In this document: in pieces, positions 36,930 to 49,477 of the stretch
Position numbering within the stretch: position 1 is the stretch's first letter
Layout of the letters: every line of letters begins with the position of its first letter
NCBI GenBank assembly: GCA_013239625.1
Contig: MU057340.1
Span: 10,589,657-10,653,656, forward strand
Length of the DNA: 64,000 nucleotides
Source: Lama guanicoe
Lineage: Eukaryota
Reading direction: 5' to 3'
Program-made: the position numbers and the translations under genes
The notes under the pieces: model-generated
The model's input: only the letters and a program-made list of their open reading frames with translations
Database searches by the model: none
What the model was told of the DNA's origin: nothing

Positions 36930-39600
36930 CAGGAGGCAGAGACAGCAGGGAAACAGACAAGGAGACACACTGCACACGTGTTATATAAGGGTGTGTGAGG
37001 GTCATGGGGAAAACTGGGCAAAGCAGGGGACAGTGGGAGCAGGGTTGGGGTGTTACTTTGTGTTGCGTGATCGGGAAGGCATTTTTTGCAAAGGTCTCAT
37101 TTGAGAAACGACTAGAAGGAAGTAAAACAGTGAGTGATGTGGATACTGGTGGGAGGCACCCCAGGCAGTTGGAACAGCCAGTGAAATGGCCCAAAGGCAG
37201 GAATACACTTGGCTTGTTTGAGAAATATCATGAAGGTCAATGTGGTTGAAATAGAGGATGTGTGAGGGAGAGTTGCAGGAAAGATGGTCAGCTTGCAGGA
37301 AGATGGACCACTGTGAAGGCTCAGCTTAAGTTATCCTTTTATGAGAAAGACTAAGAGAGGACAAGAGGGAGGCAATGGCTCCGGTGGTCCTGGTGAACAA
37401 ACCCCAAGGGACAAAGGAGAGAAAGGTGAGTCATCAGGTTCTTGCATCAGTCCTGGCTAGAGACAATAGACGTTTGCACCTAGATGGTGGGGGGATGGTG
37501 TGGAGGGGAATGGTGGCTGGATTCCACGATCCCACCAGTAGGTCTGGCAGAAACTGCTGGCACATTAGCCATGGGGTGTTGGAGAAAATGAGGAGGATAG
37601 TGTAACTCCAGTGCTCTTGGCTGCAGCAACTGGCAGGATGGGAATGCTATTTACAAGAAAGAGAGGGCACAGGAGGGGTAGGTTGGAGAAAGTGGGCACC
37701 AAGCTTTGGGTGGTGGTGGTAGACCCCCAAACGGAGGAGCCTGATGGCTAGCTGGATTTCCAAATTTGGAGCTTAGCAGAGAGGGATGGGAATTCAGGAG
37801 ATAAAAGGAGATGTGGTACATCTACACAGTGGAATACTATTCAGCCATAAAAAATGAAACAATGCCTTCTGCAGAAACATGCATGGACCTAAAGATTATC
37901 ACACTAAGTGAAGTAAGTCAGAAAGAGAAAGACAAATATCATATGATATCACTCATATGTGGAATCTAAAAAAGCTATGAATCATATTTACAAACCAAAA
38001 ATAGACTCACAGACATAGAAAACAAACTATGGTTACCAAACGGGAAAGGGTGGGGAGGGATAAATTAGGGGCTGAGGATTAACAGACACACACTACTATA
38101 TATAAAACAGATAAACATCAAGAACCTCCTGTATAGCACAGGGAACTGTATTCAGTTTCTTGTAATAAGCTTCATGGAACAGAGTCTGAAAATATATAGA
38201 TGTGTGTAAAACTGAATTGCTTTGCTGTACTCCTGAAAGTAACATTGTAAATCAACTACACTTCAATAAAAAATGAAATTAAAAAATAAATAAAAGAACT
38301 TAGGACATAACAGATGGGCAGGTGATGGGACTGGAAGGGACCCTTCAGGGAGCAGGTACAGACAGAGGGTCTGAGCACAGAGAGGCAGTGCAGCCAGGGA
38401 GGGTGGAGGGAACACAAAGAGAGCAGGTTCCTGGAAGAAAGCATGTCAAGAAGGGGGAGGGAGGGTCTCAAACATGCTGGAAGGCCAGGCAAGGTGGGGA
38501 CCTTGGATGGATCTCTGGGCTCAGCATCCTGGAGGCTCTGGGGCCCTTGACAAGAGTGGTTTCCACGGAGTGATGGGCAAAAGTGTGCTGGAGGGCATTG
38601 CCAGAGGGGAAGTGGGGATATGATTTAAGAGCTCAGTTTTGCTATGAAGGGACTAGAATCGTTGAAGGCAGTAACAAATAAGTTGTGTTACTAACTTTTT
38701 AAGGTCGGGGAAACAACACCACATCCACGTGCTGATAGACACCATCCAGGAGGGAGTGAAACATTGGAAGAGGTTGGAGAGAACTGGGGAAAGTCCCCTC
38801 GGGTCTGGAGGGGCTGCGATGGTGCGACCCTGGGAGACTGGCTGTGGCAGGAGGGAGGCACAGGGCGTGGCTGCAGACGGAGGTCGTGGATGGGGCTTGT
38901 GGCCGGGTCTCGCTGGCTTCCCTCTCCCCGTGAGACGGGGCGGGGGCAGCAGAGGGGGAGGAGGTGCCGGTCTGCGGTCAGCGCTGAATTTGTCCAGCTG
39001 CTGCCTAAGCCGATGGAGAGTGAGTGGACCAGAGAGTGTAGCCGCCTTGACCAGCAGCTGCCATGGTGAACTTGAAGGGAGACTGGCAGGTGTGTTTTCA
39101 GCCGTGCTGAGCTGGTTGCCAGCATGTGGCACAGACCTGAAGACAGAGGATTTGCCGAGGGCCAGGTTTTGCCAGGCAAGAAGCAGTGGAGGGAGACACA
39201 GGTGAGGGGTTTGGGGATGTGGGCCCGGGAGTGATTATAAGAAGGTGCGAGGTGGCTGGGACAGTGACTAGATGGTCGACTGGTTCAATGAATTCATTCC
39301 CACTGGTGTTGAAGGGTTGTTGGAACAGAAGAGAGAAGGAACCTCTTAGAAAGAGTTTGAGAATGTAGGGGAGTTTGGTGAAAACCGGCCTGTGGAATAT
39401 AGACGTTTGCTGGAATACTGTAATGTGTGTGGAGGGGCTGTGGATCGTGGGGGTGGGTTCAGCTGCGACGACACAGAGGAAGGGCTGAGTGGGGTCAGAA
39501 CTTTGCAGGGATGTTGGGACACTGCCCAGTGGGGCGTGATGGGCTGGGCGCTGGGGGGTTCAGGTCAGATGGTGTGGTGATGTTTGTGGGTATTGGGTGG
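36930..39600 (-). mobile_element. long L2 fragment, split by an L1 insertion at 37805-38295
   Basis: Antisense L2a motifs on both sides (ggaggcagagac..., catttgagaaacgactagaagg, ttggagcttagcagagagg | ccttgacaagagtggtttcc...); right boundary uncertain. Confidence 0.65.
37805..38295 (+). mobile_element. L1 3' end, 5'-truncated, inserted in L2
   Basis: gatgtggtacatctacacagtggaatactattcagccataaaa...gtaaatcaactacacttcaataaaaaa; diverged ~15-bp TSD gaattcaggagataa / gaacttaggacataa. Confidence 0.92.
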
Positions 39601-40639
39601 AAAGAAGGGGGGACAGGGTCCTCTTCATGCCACAGGGCTGCGATGGGGTCCTCTCCTCTCCTTTCACGGGTAGTATGGAAACTGGGGTGGCATTATTGAG
39701 AACACCGACTTCTGAGCATCTTTCTTCACTGATTAATCAGAGATTACCCAGCTGCACCCTGGGCATCTCCCTTAGGGCATTTCATTAATTTAAAACCCAA
39801 TATTGTCCACCCCAAATCTAACATCACCCCCATAGACCTTCTGTCGTGTTGTGACTTTTCACGGAAAACCCCCCATCATCAACCTGTTCCCCAGAGGAAA
39901 CCCGAATTCCCTCCTTGTCTGCTCTCTCTCCCCACTGAAGTTGCCACCACGCCCTTCTGCTGATGCCTCCCCCAGTGTCTGCATCTGCCCACCAGTTGCC
40001 CCCAGCACCCACGTGGCTGTGGTCCAGACCACTCTGCCTCCAGCCTGGGTGGCTGCACGGCTGCCCACTGACTTTGTCCCTTCCACCCCTGCTCTGCTAC
40101 AGCCGCTTCTCCCAGCCAGATGCCACGGTGACCTCCTGACCCGCGCATCTGAGAACGCAGCTTGGTTCGAGTCCAGCGTGCCCACTTGGACAGAGCTTAG
40201 CACGGAGCTTGGCCCCGGGGAGGCAGCCCATCGATACTTGCTGATGGATCGATTCCTAGCTCTGGACACCGCGGGCTCCTTCACTGCATGTGACAAACCC
40301 AACACACCAATGAGCAAATCAGATAATTTCTTGGCTCCTGGGACTGAGAAGTCGAGAGATATTAGAATGTAAGCAAGATGACTTCTTCCCTCCACATCTT
40401 ACCTGCTTACAAAGACCTTTCTGGCAGCTCTGGGGGGAAGTTCCAGGGAGGGTCCTGGCTCTCTCAGACCCGTCCACCTCTGGGAGGCGGCATTCTGGAC
40501 AGCGCTGGGCTGTTCCTCCCCGCCCCCTCTGTTTGGCGCTTGCAAAGGAAGCAGGAGGGAAATCTGGAAAAAGGAGCTAATTCCCGGCCGAGGAACTGTC
40601 TGGAGGTTCTGGATTGCCAGGTCCACGAAGGGGGAGGTG

Positions 40640-41110
40640 AGGGAACGCTTGTCAGAGAGCATTTGATAAATGGGAAAAGGCACGTGTAAGAGGCTGTGTC
40701 ATTTTGATGGATGACAGCATATTCATACTGGTGTCAAAAGTGTATTAGGAAGACACAAAACAGCAGCATCTCTTAATAGTGGGAATCAAGTGGCTTCAAT
40801 TAAAATACTTGCCATCGGTTTTCAAGTGCGAGGCCAAATGACATAAACCAAAGGTTCTTACGATTCTTGGAAAAAAGAGCAATGAATCTGTTAGGAGAAC
40901 AATTTGCAAAATACTCATTAGTCCTAAGGCATCCCTGGGAATTCTGCCTCCAGGCCTCTAATGGGCCATGAAACCTGCATTCAATAAAAAATGATTTAAC
41001 CGTAAGCGGGTGGACTGGGCAGACTTCCGCATCCTCGTGTTCTCATTACGGAGTTTGTGTTTTGCAGGCTGTTTGTGTAAATGCTGTTTGTTTCACTGAA
41101 GTTCAAAGAA
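40640..41110. promoter_or_regulatory. candidate enhancer with PBX-HOX plus MEIS/PREP motif cluster
   Basis: TGATAAATGG (40664-40673), TGATGGATGA (40705-40714) overlapping TGACAG (40712-40717), further TGTCA cores nearby; repeat-free AT-rich block. Confidence 0.45.
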
Positions 41111-41425
41111 GCTTCGCGTGGCGACGGCATTTTGCTTCGGTGAAGGTGCTATGCCCACGGACCTGTCTGTGTCCCCCGCCGCTCTGCGCCTCCCCGCCGC
41201 CAGGGTGTCCCGGCCGCCTCGGCCCCGAGGGCGGTGACTGACGGGTGTGCGCAGTGCGTCAGCTAGTCTGGGGAAGGCTGAGAGCTGTGCGCTAGATTCT
41301 CGCTTTCTAGTCCATGAATTGTGTTGTCCCAGGCCTGTTGTGAGCCCTGTAAACACAGCGTCACTGCTGATGCTACGTCTGTTACCAGGCGGCTGTTTGC
41401 AGACACTGTCTCCGCAGCATCGCTG
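41110..41425. promoter_or_regulatory. small orphan CpG-rich patch
   Basis: Dense CpG and GC-box-like sequence (cccccgccgctctgcgcctccccgccgcc, cggccgcctcggccccgagggcgg). Confidence 0.45.
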
Positions 41426-41428
41426 TTC

Positions 41429-41451
41429 TGTGTGTGTGTGTGTGTGTGTGT
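41429..41451. repeat. (TG)11 microsatellite
   Basis: Perfect tg run. Confidence 0.95.
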
Positions 41452-42434
41452 AGTGGGAACGGTTTTACCACCGACTCAGTAGTACAGGGTGGGCGTCTTC
41501 CTCTAGGGTGGGGCACATCCTCTGACACCCACCTGGGGGCTGAGCCCCGGACGCGAGACCCTCCTGGGAACCCTCAGCCTACCCTCTGAAGTAGAAACTC
41601 CTTCCCAGGGGTTACAGGGTTGGAAGAATCTGTTCAGGACACGGTGATCTGGAATTCCCTTCTGGTCGACTGCATCTCCTGACCCACGAGAAGCGCCCAC
41701 CCAGGGGCCCGGCCCTGGCAGTGGCTGGCTGTCTGCTGGACGGACCTGGCTTCTCGGCAGCAGGGCAGCTGTGCCTCGTGGGGAGGCCGGGCCAGCAGCA
41801 GGCGTGTCAGAGAGGGAGATGGACAGGCAGTGGGCAGGATGAGCCAGCAAACGGGTCTTCTCCGCTCATCTCTGGTCCCGTGGGTTCAGGTGCCTGACCG
41901 CCACTTTGAGGCTTCATTTCAACGTCGCCTGGTGGCTTGGGCACAGAATCATCTCGTGTTCCAGACCAGCTTTACCTTGTGAGAGTGCAGGGCCATCTCA
42001 TCCGTGAGGTGGGGTCCTCACCATCCATCCTTTCTCCAAGGAACAGGGCCTTTGGTGAGTCCTGAAGGGGAGGAGAGGGTCTGCCAGTGGGCTGGGGTCC
42101 CTCTGGACTGGTGGCCTCGTTCCCTCTGGTCCTTGTAGCCCACTTAGGGGGCAGAAGGGAACGTCCCACACGTCTGGCTGTGTGCAGACCTCTGTTCTGT
42201 GCCCCGGACCTGTGAAGCAGGCGCTATTTCAGCGCCATTTTACAAAGGAAACAGGCAGAGTGAGGTAAAGGTGCTCATCCAAAGGCACACTGATCATGAG
42301 TGGGAGTAAACCTATTTTTAAAAACTAAATTAAATTTTGTATTATTTTTCAAGGATCTTAGAAACCATAACTTTTTATAGAAATATAACCATCTCATTAT
42401 CTTTTAAAAATAAATTTGAAAAACTTTAACCCAC

Positions 42435-42538
42435 TTAATTAATTAATTAATTTAATTTTTAGCGGAGGTACTGGGGATAGAACCCAGGACCTCATGCATG
42501 CTAAGCACGTGCTCTACCACTGAGCTATTGCCTTCCCC
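42435..42538 (-). mobile_element. Vic-1 camelid SINE
   Basis: Reverse complement ggggaaggcaatagctcagtggtagagcacgtgcttagcatgcatgaggtcctgggttctatccccagtacctcc plus (aatt)n tail. Confidence 0.88.
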
Positions 42539-42724
42539 AATGTACTTTTATTTTAATCTTTTTTTGAGAAATATGTCTCTTTCTTGAACATTTATAAGCT
42601 TTTTTTTTTTATTTAAATGGTTTGGCTCCACTACTAATGGCAGGATGTCAAGCTTTCTCTATCTAATTACCCATCATTTATTCAGAGAATACCGAGCCGG
42701 CAGACTCACGCCCTGTAGGGGACA

Positions 42725-42920
42725 ATCGCAGACTCTGGAATCAGAGACATCTGGATTTACAGCCTACTTTCCACGTGTGACCTTGAGTAACCCAGTCTTC
42801 ATGAAGCACAGTTTCCCAGTATGTGAAACAGAGATTCTGATCTCTATTTTTATTGCAGGAATTAGAATGGATCCTCTCAACGTATCTAGTACAGAGTAAA
42901 TGCTTGCTAAATGTTAACTC
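42725..42920 (+). mobile_element. MIR SINE
   Basis: cagactctggaatcagag...gtgtgaccttgagtaa...cagtttcccagtatgtgaaacagag...agtaaatgcttgctaaatgttaact. Confidence 0.75.
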
Positions 42921-43137
42921 TGCCTTGAGGGAAAAAAGTCTTCAGTGTCCTCGCTGGTCTCGCGTCTTGCACTTGAGAGGAACTTGCCATCTGTCGCGTC
43001 TCCCAAAGAAGACTGCACGTGAGCCACCTGCCGTCTGGGCTGACATTGCAGACGGCTGTGCAGCTCCCATGTCAGGGGACGCGGGAGCCCCCCTGGGCTC
43101 TGAGGCCCTGGAGAATGTGTGTCGCGGTGGGACAGTG

Positions 43138-43450
43138 TGAGTCAGGCTGGGCCGGGCTGTGATGTAGTAACAGAACCCAGGATCGCAACACTTATGCGTA
43201 ACGTAATCAGCTTGTATTTATCTCTCGCTCTCCATGTGTGATGTCACAGGTCCCAGTCTGTTGTGGACCCAGGCTCATGGGGGTCCTGCAGCCAGGGAGC
43301 TGTACCATCTGGGGCATGTGGGCTCCCGGTAGCTGGTGGAGGAGAGGATGTGGAGGGGCTGCACCAGGAGGTAAAGGAATGCCCGTGCCCTCTGCTCGCA
43401 GCCTGCAGGTCTGTGCTCACACTTGGGCGGAGGGAGAGATGGATGTGGGT
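43138..43450 (-). mobile_element. MaLR LTR (MLT1K/L-like), diverged
   Basis: tgagtcaggctgggccgggctgtgatgtagtaacagaacccag...tatttatctctc...ggacccaggct. Confidence 0.55.
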
Positions 43451-46400
43451 GGTCACCCTGAGGGTCCCCTCAGGCAGGGTCTTGTTTCTGTTCAGTCAGC
43501 TGTTTGTTTGCAGCTCAGACCCCATCAGAAAGGGGTGCCTTTCTGCAAAAAGACATTTAAAACTTCTTTCCTTTTTCATTGTAGAGGAGCAGGGTGCTCC
43601 AAATCAGTGTCGGAGACAGAGCGCTCAACTCCAACCAGAGGAAGGAGTCCTTTGGTTGGGGGTGTCCCCCGACTCAGGTGTTAAGAGAGGGTGCACCCGA
43701 GGGAGAGTGGTGTGCGGCTTTGACCAGGCTTTTCTGGCTTGTTCCAAGGCCAGCATGTTGCTCTTACAGCAGTGGAGGTTAGGGCTTCAGAGGCTCGAGA
43801 GCAGAGGACAGCTGGGTTGTGTCGTGGTCTGGTTGCTGTGCTTGGATGAATGTGGCCTCTGCCAGGGTTTTGGAGACAAGAAAGTTGTCATGAGCATCAA
43901 CATAAAAAGTACTGAATGCCTCAAACATCCTACGCTTTTTCTGATAATTCACCATAACTCTATCATTCTTTGTAATTTCAAAGCTTTTTTTTTTTGAGCT
44001 GTTCCTTCCCTGGGGCCCAGATGCACAGTGTTTAGGTGGAAGAACATGGACACGGGGCCCCTGAGCTATCACTTGAGAGCATTTGGATTTGGGCTGACCC
44101 TCTTCTGGCCTCAGTTTCCTCATCAGTGACATGGGGACAATGATAAACCCTGCGTGCACGGCTGTCTGTCATGAGCGTCGGATGAGCTGAGCTCATGGAA
44201 GGAAGTCAGCCTGGGGCCACACCAGTCGTGCTGGTGAAGTGCCCAGTGTTATTGGATGTTTTCTGCGTTTGTTCACCCGTGGTGAGCTGAGGCTTCAGTT
44301 TACGCTCCTGTACACCCTGGGCCACCTGTCCTGGGATGCTGGGCTTTCCATCCCCAAACCGTCTCCTCCCCCCATGCCTCCTCCCTTCACTTAGGCTTCT
44401 TTCTGCACTCGTAAGACCCAGTGTCCTGGGTGGGTTCTCATCCAGCGACTGCCCTCCTGTCCCCAAGAGGAGCCTGATACTTTTTCTGCCACTGTCATCA
44501 GGACCACTCAAGCCACCCGTCCGTGCCGCACAATGAGCGAGGGGATGGGAGCACCTGCATCCAGGACGGGAAGGCGTGTGGGAAGGTGATGGTCACCACC
44601 CACGGGGCACACTCCGCCAGAGGAGGGAGACCAGGAGAGAGATGGGAAAGGAGCAGCAGTGAGTCTTCACCAGCACGTCGCCTTCTTCTGGAGCAATGTG
44701 AGCAATTTAGAAAGCGGATGCCCGCTGAAACACGGAAGCAAAGCAGCGCTTCCCTGGGAACCAGCTTCTGCAAGAGCGAGATAAGGCAGGTGTTTGTCTG
44801 AAGACCTCTTCCAACATGCTCATGTGACGTTTTTCTAGCCAGTTAGAAATTCAGTTTCACTGTCAGCATTGCCAATCTCCTGTCAGTCTCTGTGGCCGAC
44901 TGGATGGAGGTGAATCCTCCAGTTTTGAAGGTGCTGAGGCACATGGTTCAGAATGAGGGTCTTAGGGGAAAGCTGGGTGAAGGGAGAGGAGGCTGGAGGG
45001 GGCAGGGCTGGATCCCCCAAGTTCTGATCAGTGCAGTTAAAGGGTTTGGACTTTATTCTGAAGCCCGTGGGGCTCCACAGAAGGATCTTCAGCATGAGGG
45101 AGGTAGACCGTCTTCCCCTCCAGGGCTGCCCTTGAGGACAGCTGTAGCTGGTGGTAGTGACCACTACACTACCTACAGATGGGTGGTAGTGACCGTCTTA
45201 TCCTTGGAATAAGTGTGGCCCTCTCCTTGGTCACCTCTCTGAGTGGGACAGCCATCGCTCTGATGTGTGATTTCTGGTCGGGTGTCAAAAAGTCTTTCAT
45301 GTGCTTTTCAGTTTCATCTTGCACATACACTCAAATCTCCATCACGGATGGAGACATAAAGTGAACATTTGATTTGCTTAAAAATCTCTGGGCCAGTGAG
45401 TAGTTTGTCTGGACTTAAACTCAGCCTCCTCAACCCAGGGCCAGGCACTCTCTGTGCCTGAGCACCTAAGGGGAACGGTCAGGGTGTCTATTTCTCCCTT
45501 CCGCATTCCCAGCCTGGGGGTGGCCGGGAAGCAGGTGGATGCAGTGGAAATATTTTCATGCTGTTTCTGCTAAAGGTCAAACTGGCGCCGCTGGCCTGGC
45601 CATTTCTGGCATCTCTGGGGAGCTATTTTCCCTGTGTACACAGAGCTCACACTATTTACACATGCAGAGACTCGATCTGGGCCTTTGAAGGATGGTTATG
45701 ACCACGGCCTCTCTTATTACTTTACAAAAAGCTCCAGGAAAGATGGTGCTTTTCTCAAAATGCCAACATAAAAACTGATATAAAGGTTGGCGATGTGTAA
45801 GCTTTGACATTACATAAATATATATAGGCATTGTAAAAGTTAACAACCGTTTTATTTATAATTACACTGCAGATTGGTATTTTTATATCCACATTGTCAA
45901 CGGTAACCTTTCTGCCTTCACTTCAGTCTTGGCCCCAAATGTTTGTACTAGATTTTTACGCCTGTGTTTCCTTCTATAGCAGCAGCTGCACACTGTCTTT
46001 CTGGAGTCTCAGTGTAGTAGTGTCGCTTGTCTGTCCCTCCTGGAAAAAAACCTCTTGTCCCACAGGATGTGTAATTCCCGGTGTTCTGGTGCACAGTCTG
46101 GTGTCTCTCCACGGCTGTGTAAGTATAAACCCTATTTTTCCATTCTCAGCACCCACACAATAACGTTTCTGGATTGCCACATCTGTCTTGCAAGATAGAA
46201 AAAGTTGCATTCAGTTGAAATTAGGGTCCCTGGGTTAAGAAATGCCTGTTATCTGACTCTTCCAGGTTCACAAGGGTATAGATTCAAACTCTCCTCCATG
46301 CACGTGTGTGAAGAAGGTAATATAGCATGTCTGCATCCTTTGCTCATTTAAAAATATTAGCATGGTGAATAACATGCCCACAGGCACCATGACAGCTCCA

Positions 46401-47859
46401 AGGAGCTCTGCTCTAAGGGAAAAAAAATGCCTCGTCTGAAGTATTTTTCCTTCTTGACAAAAGATTCCCTATTGAACAGGGAACTCCTACTTTTAGCTGA
46501 CAGAAAACTGCCTTGGTGTCACTTTTAACGTGGAAAGAGAAAAGTGATATCCACATGATAAACTGAACTATTGAGCCTGGAATTCCTTTCTTGATGAGCT
46601 TAAATTACACAAAGCCTGGATGACCCCCGTGCTGCTGGTGGAGGCAGCTTGGTGCACAAGAGCAAGGAGCATCCTTGGAAGTCGGGAGGCGTGGTTTCCG
46701 TGCCAGGGTCTGCAGTTTAGTACCCATGGAACCTCCCTCAACCTCAGTTTCTCCATCAGTCAAGGATAGCATTGAAAGGTAACCCCACCTCCGTCTGCTC
46801 ATGAGATAGACAAAGACTTGGTACACGTGCAATGCACAGTATTTTTTTCTTCATGGAATTGAAATCACCTGACTATTTCCTTGACTAAATCTCATCACTT
46901 GCTCACTCCCTCAACCCACTCTAAGCTAATCGTTGAACTAAGACTTAGAGCCACGTCTAAAGGATGCAGCCAGGTGCAAGCATGGGGCTGACAGCCTCCC
47001 TGGGTGCACCATCCCCATTCCAGCAGCGAAGGTGTCGCACCGTCCATTTCTGCATCCTGCCTGTCTCTGTCCGCTCCATCAGACTGTGAGCCGCTCCGTG
47101 CACAGGATCATCGATTTATCTTCTGTCTTCATAGCACCTGCCTTGGTGCCTGGCATGTAGTAGGTTCTTGAGAACTGCTGCTGAGTTGGGGATATATGAA
47201 TGATCACTCAGCAGTAGATTGAGAGGAAGTGCTTGCAGGTCTCTGCCAACACCTCGTGGTCACACGGCCCGGTGACTGTGGACAAGGGCAAGGCAGGGTA
47301 TTTTTCTCATGGAAGTGAAATCAGCTGACTAATACTTCCCTGACTAAATTCATGTGGAAAATCCATGTAACACATGTGTTCCAGAAACCCCTTCTATTTG
47401 GTTGTCAGTTTTGTTGCGAAGCATTTGTCAGGCCACTAGGCTATGTTCCGTGGCTGCATCTGAGCCTTGAACTTGTCCCTGTCTCGGGGGCCAGATGCTG
47501 ACCTCGTAATAACACCCATAATGGCAAACCCAGAGAGCAGGGCCCCAAGTGGCTCTTATGACAATTACCAAGGGGTTTAACTTCTCTGCTTGGCTGAGGT
47601 GAAGAAATGACAGGGACTCCTTGAGGGCAGGACACGTGTCTTGTTTATCTCTAGAGTTAAAGCATGAGTCATGTGATTTGGCACATTTTTGATGTGCTTG
47701 TTGAATGAATAAATGACCTTGTAGTTATTAACCATCACACTTTCTAGGTGGGAAATGCCACTCAAGAATGGAGACGTGGCAGCACTTGAGAAAAAATAAG
47801 AGACCTTCGGCTTTTCAAATTATCAATGATGCTGAGGTTAGTGAGTGGGGAAAGAAATA

Positions 47860-48080
47860 TTTCTGTGCAAGTCTGCCCTGTGATGGACCCTGTATTCAGA
47901 ACATCACACATATGATCTCATTTAATCTCCGCATAAACTCTGCAAAACCATTGTCCCCACTTTAGGGATGAAGGATCGAAGCTCAGAGAAGGTGAGCAGT
48001 TTTTCTAAGTCCACACAGCTGGAAAGCAGCACAACTGGGATTGAAACCCTGAGCTGGTCTGAAACCAGCATCTATCTCAG
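47860..48080 (-). mobile_element. MIR SINE
   Basis: atgatctcatttaatctccgcataaactctgcaa...gatgaaggatcgaagctcagagaaggtgag...aagtccacacagctggaaag...gggattgaaacc. Confidence 0.78.
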
Positions 48081-49347
48081 GATGACCTCTCCCACTTTTC
48101 AGGTCTTAGAATTAGTGGCTGGAAATCCAGAGACCCGGTTAACTCAAAGAAAGTACCAAGGCTGTTTGGCATTTAAACTCTGGCTCTGCTGGAGGGTTCA
48201 TTCAGCGGAACACATTTGAATTCAAGTCTGAATGCAGTTTGTAGAAGGGTTTCCAGTGTGGGGCAGGGGGTGGTCACTTCTACTGCTGTTCTCCAGCTCA
48301 AGGGGTGTTGCAGGGCTGAGTTGATCTTTGAAAAAAGAAAAATCTGAGGCACAGGACCTGAATTTCAGCTACTGTTTCAACCTCCAGCCATTTCTGCACC
48401 TGTCTTCCTCGTAAAAGATAATTTAGAACGACCTTGCCTTGGTGAGATGGTTGCCTGTTTGAGTCGTGTGTGAATGCGCAACTGGATGAAATTAGCGTTG
48501 CGGGCACTTGACAGTCGCCTTATTAATTAGGCTGCTTTATTTAGCAGACACTCCATGTCATCTTCCCTCCACTATGTGCATGTGCAGAATAGATAACCGC
48601 TTATGTGAATTGAGGGGAACTGGGAGGGGGTGTGGGCTCATCTCAAAATAGCTCTCCTGTTACCTGGCATCCCACCTGCAGTCTTTCAGCAGCTGAGCCT
48701 CTGCGTGCAGGTCCGTCCTCAGTATCACATTGACCCCAGAAGCACAGACAGCAACCTTGGAAGCTGGATCTGGAAGGATTTTCAAATTCTTCTCATCCAC
48801 CTTCTACCTGGCCGGGGGTCCTTTTTATGGTATCTTCCAGGTCTGGGTACTGAGCTGCTGCACTAACACTTCTAGGGGACGGAGGCTCCCGCTTTCACAG
48901 TTCACTGTCTCTACTGGCTAAAGGGTTCTTTTTACAACAGAGCCCAAATGAATTTCCCTAGGTTTTCGTGTCAACACAGAGCACATGTCTAAAACGGCAT
49001 TGGTATACAAAGCTTCGTAGGCAGACCTCCTCCAGTCAGACCCTCCTCCATCCTCCTTGGAGGAAGGCTCAGAGCTTTCCTTTTAAAAGTGCCTTTCACT
49101 GTGAGGCCCATTTTTTTCCCATCTAGTCTGAGAGTTTACATTAATAATGATCACCATCCTCTCTAGCAAATTTGAATTTTTCCTTCCTGGGGATTTCTCT
49201 TAACTTTAAATGGTTTTTAAACTTGAGATGCTCCCTCACTTATCTTTAAAACCAAACCAAAACCATCAGTGAGTTTTCTATGCTTATTTTAATTCAAATT
49301 TTCCACTAGACATCAAATCTCTTAAATATATGTTCTCTGCTTCAACT

Positions 49348-49477
49348 TCCATCCATCCATCTATCCACCCAACCATCTATCCATCCATCCAAACATCTAT
49401 CCATCCATCCATCCATCATCCACCCATCCATCCTTTATCTAACCATCCAACCATCCAACCTTTTATATATCCATCTA
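49348..49477. repeat. degenerate (TCCA)n microsatellite
   Basis: ccatccatccatctatccacccaaccatctatccatcc... Confidence 0.9.

Noticed and set aside
36930-40200. Oppositely oriented L2 fragments (minus to about 39600, plus-like at about 39740-40200) as a potential hairpin
   Set aside because: The copies are too diverged for stable pairing and there is no evidence of transcription.
43263-43997. Longest ORF in the window (244 aa)
   Set aside because: Non-ATG start, overlaps an MLT1 remnant, no recognisable domain, and overlapping ORFs in other frames indicate GC-rich chance ORFs.
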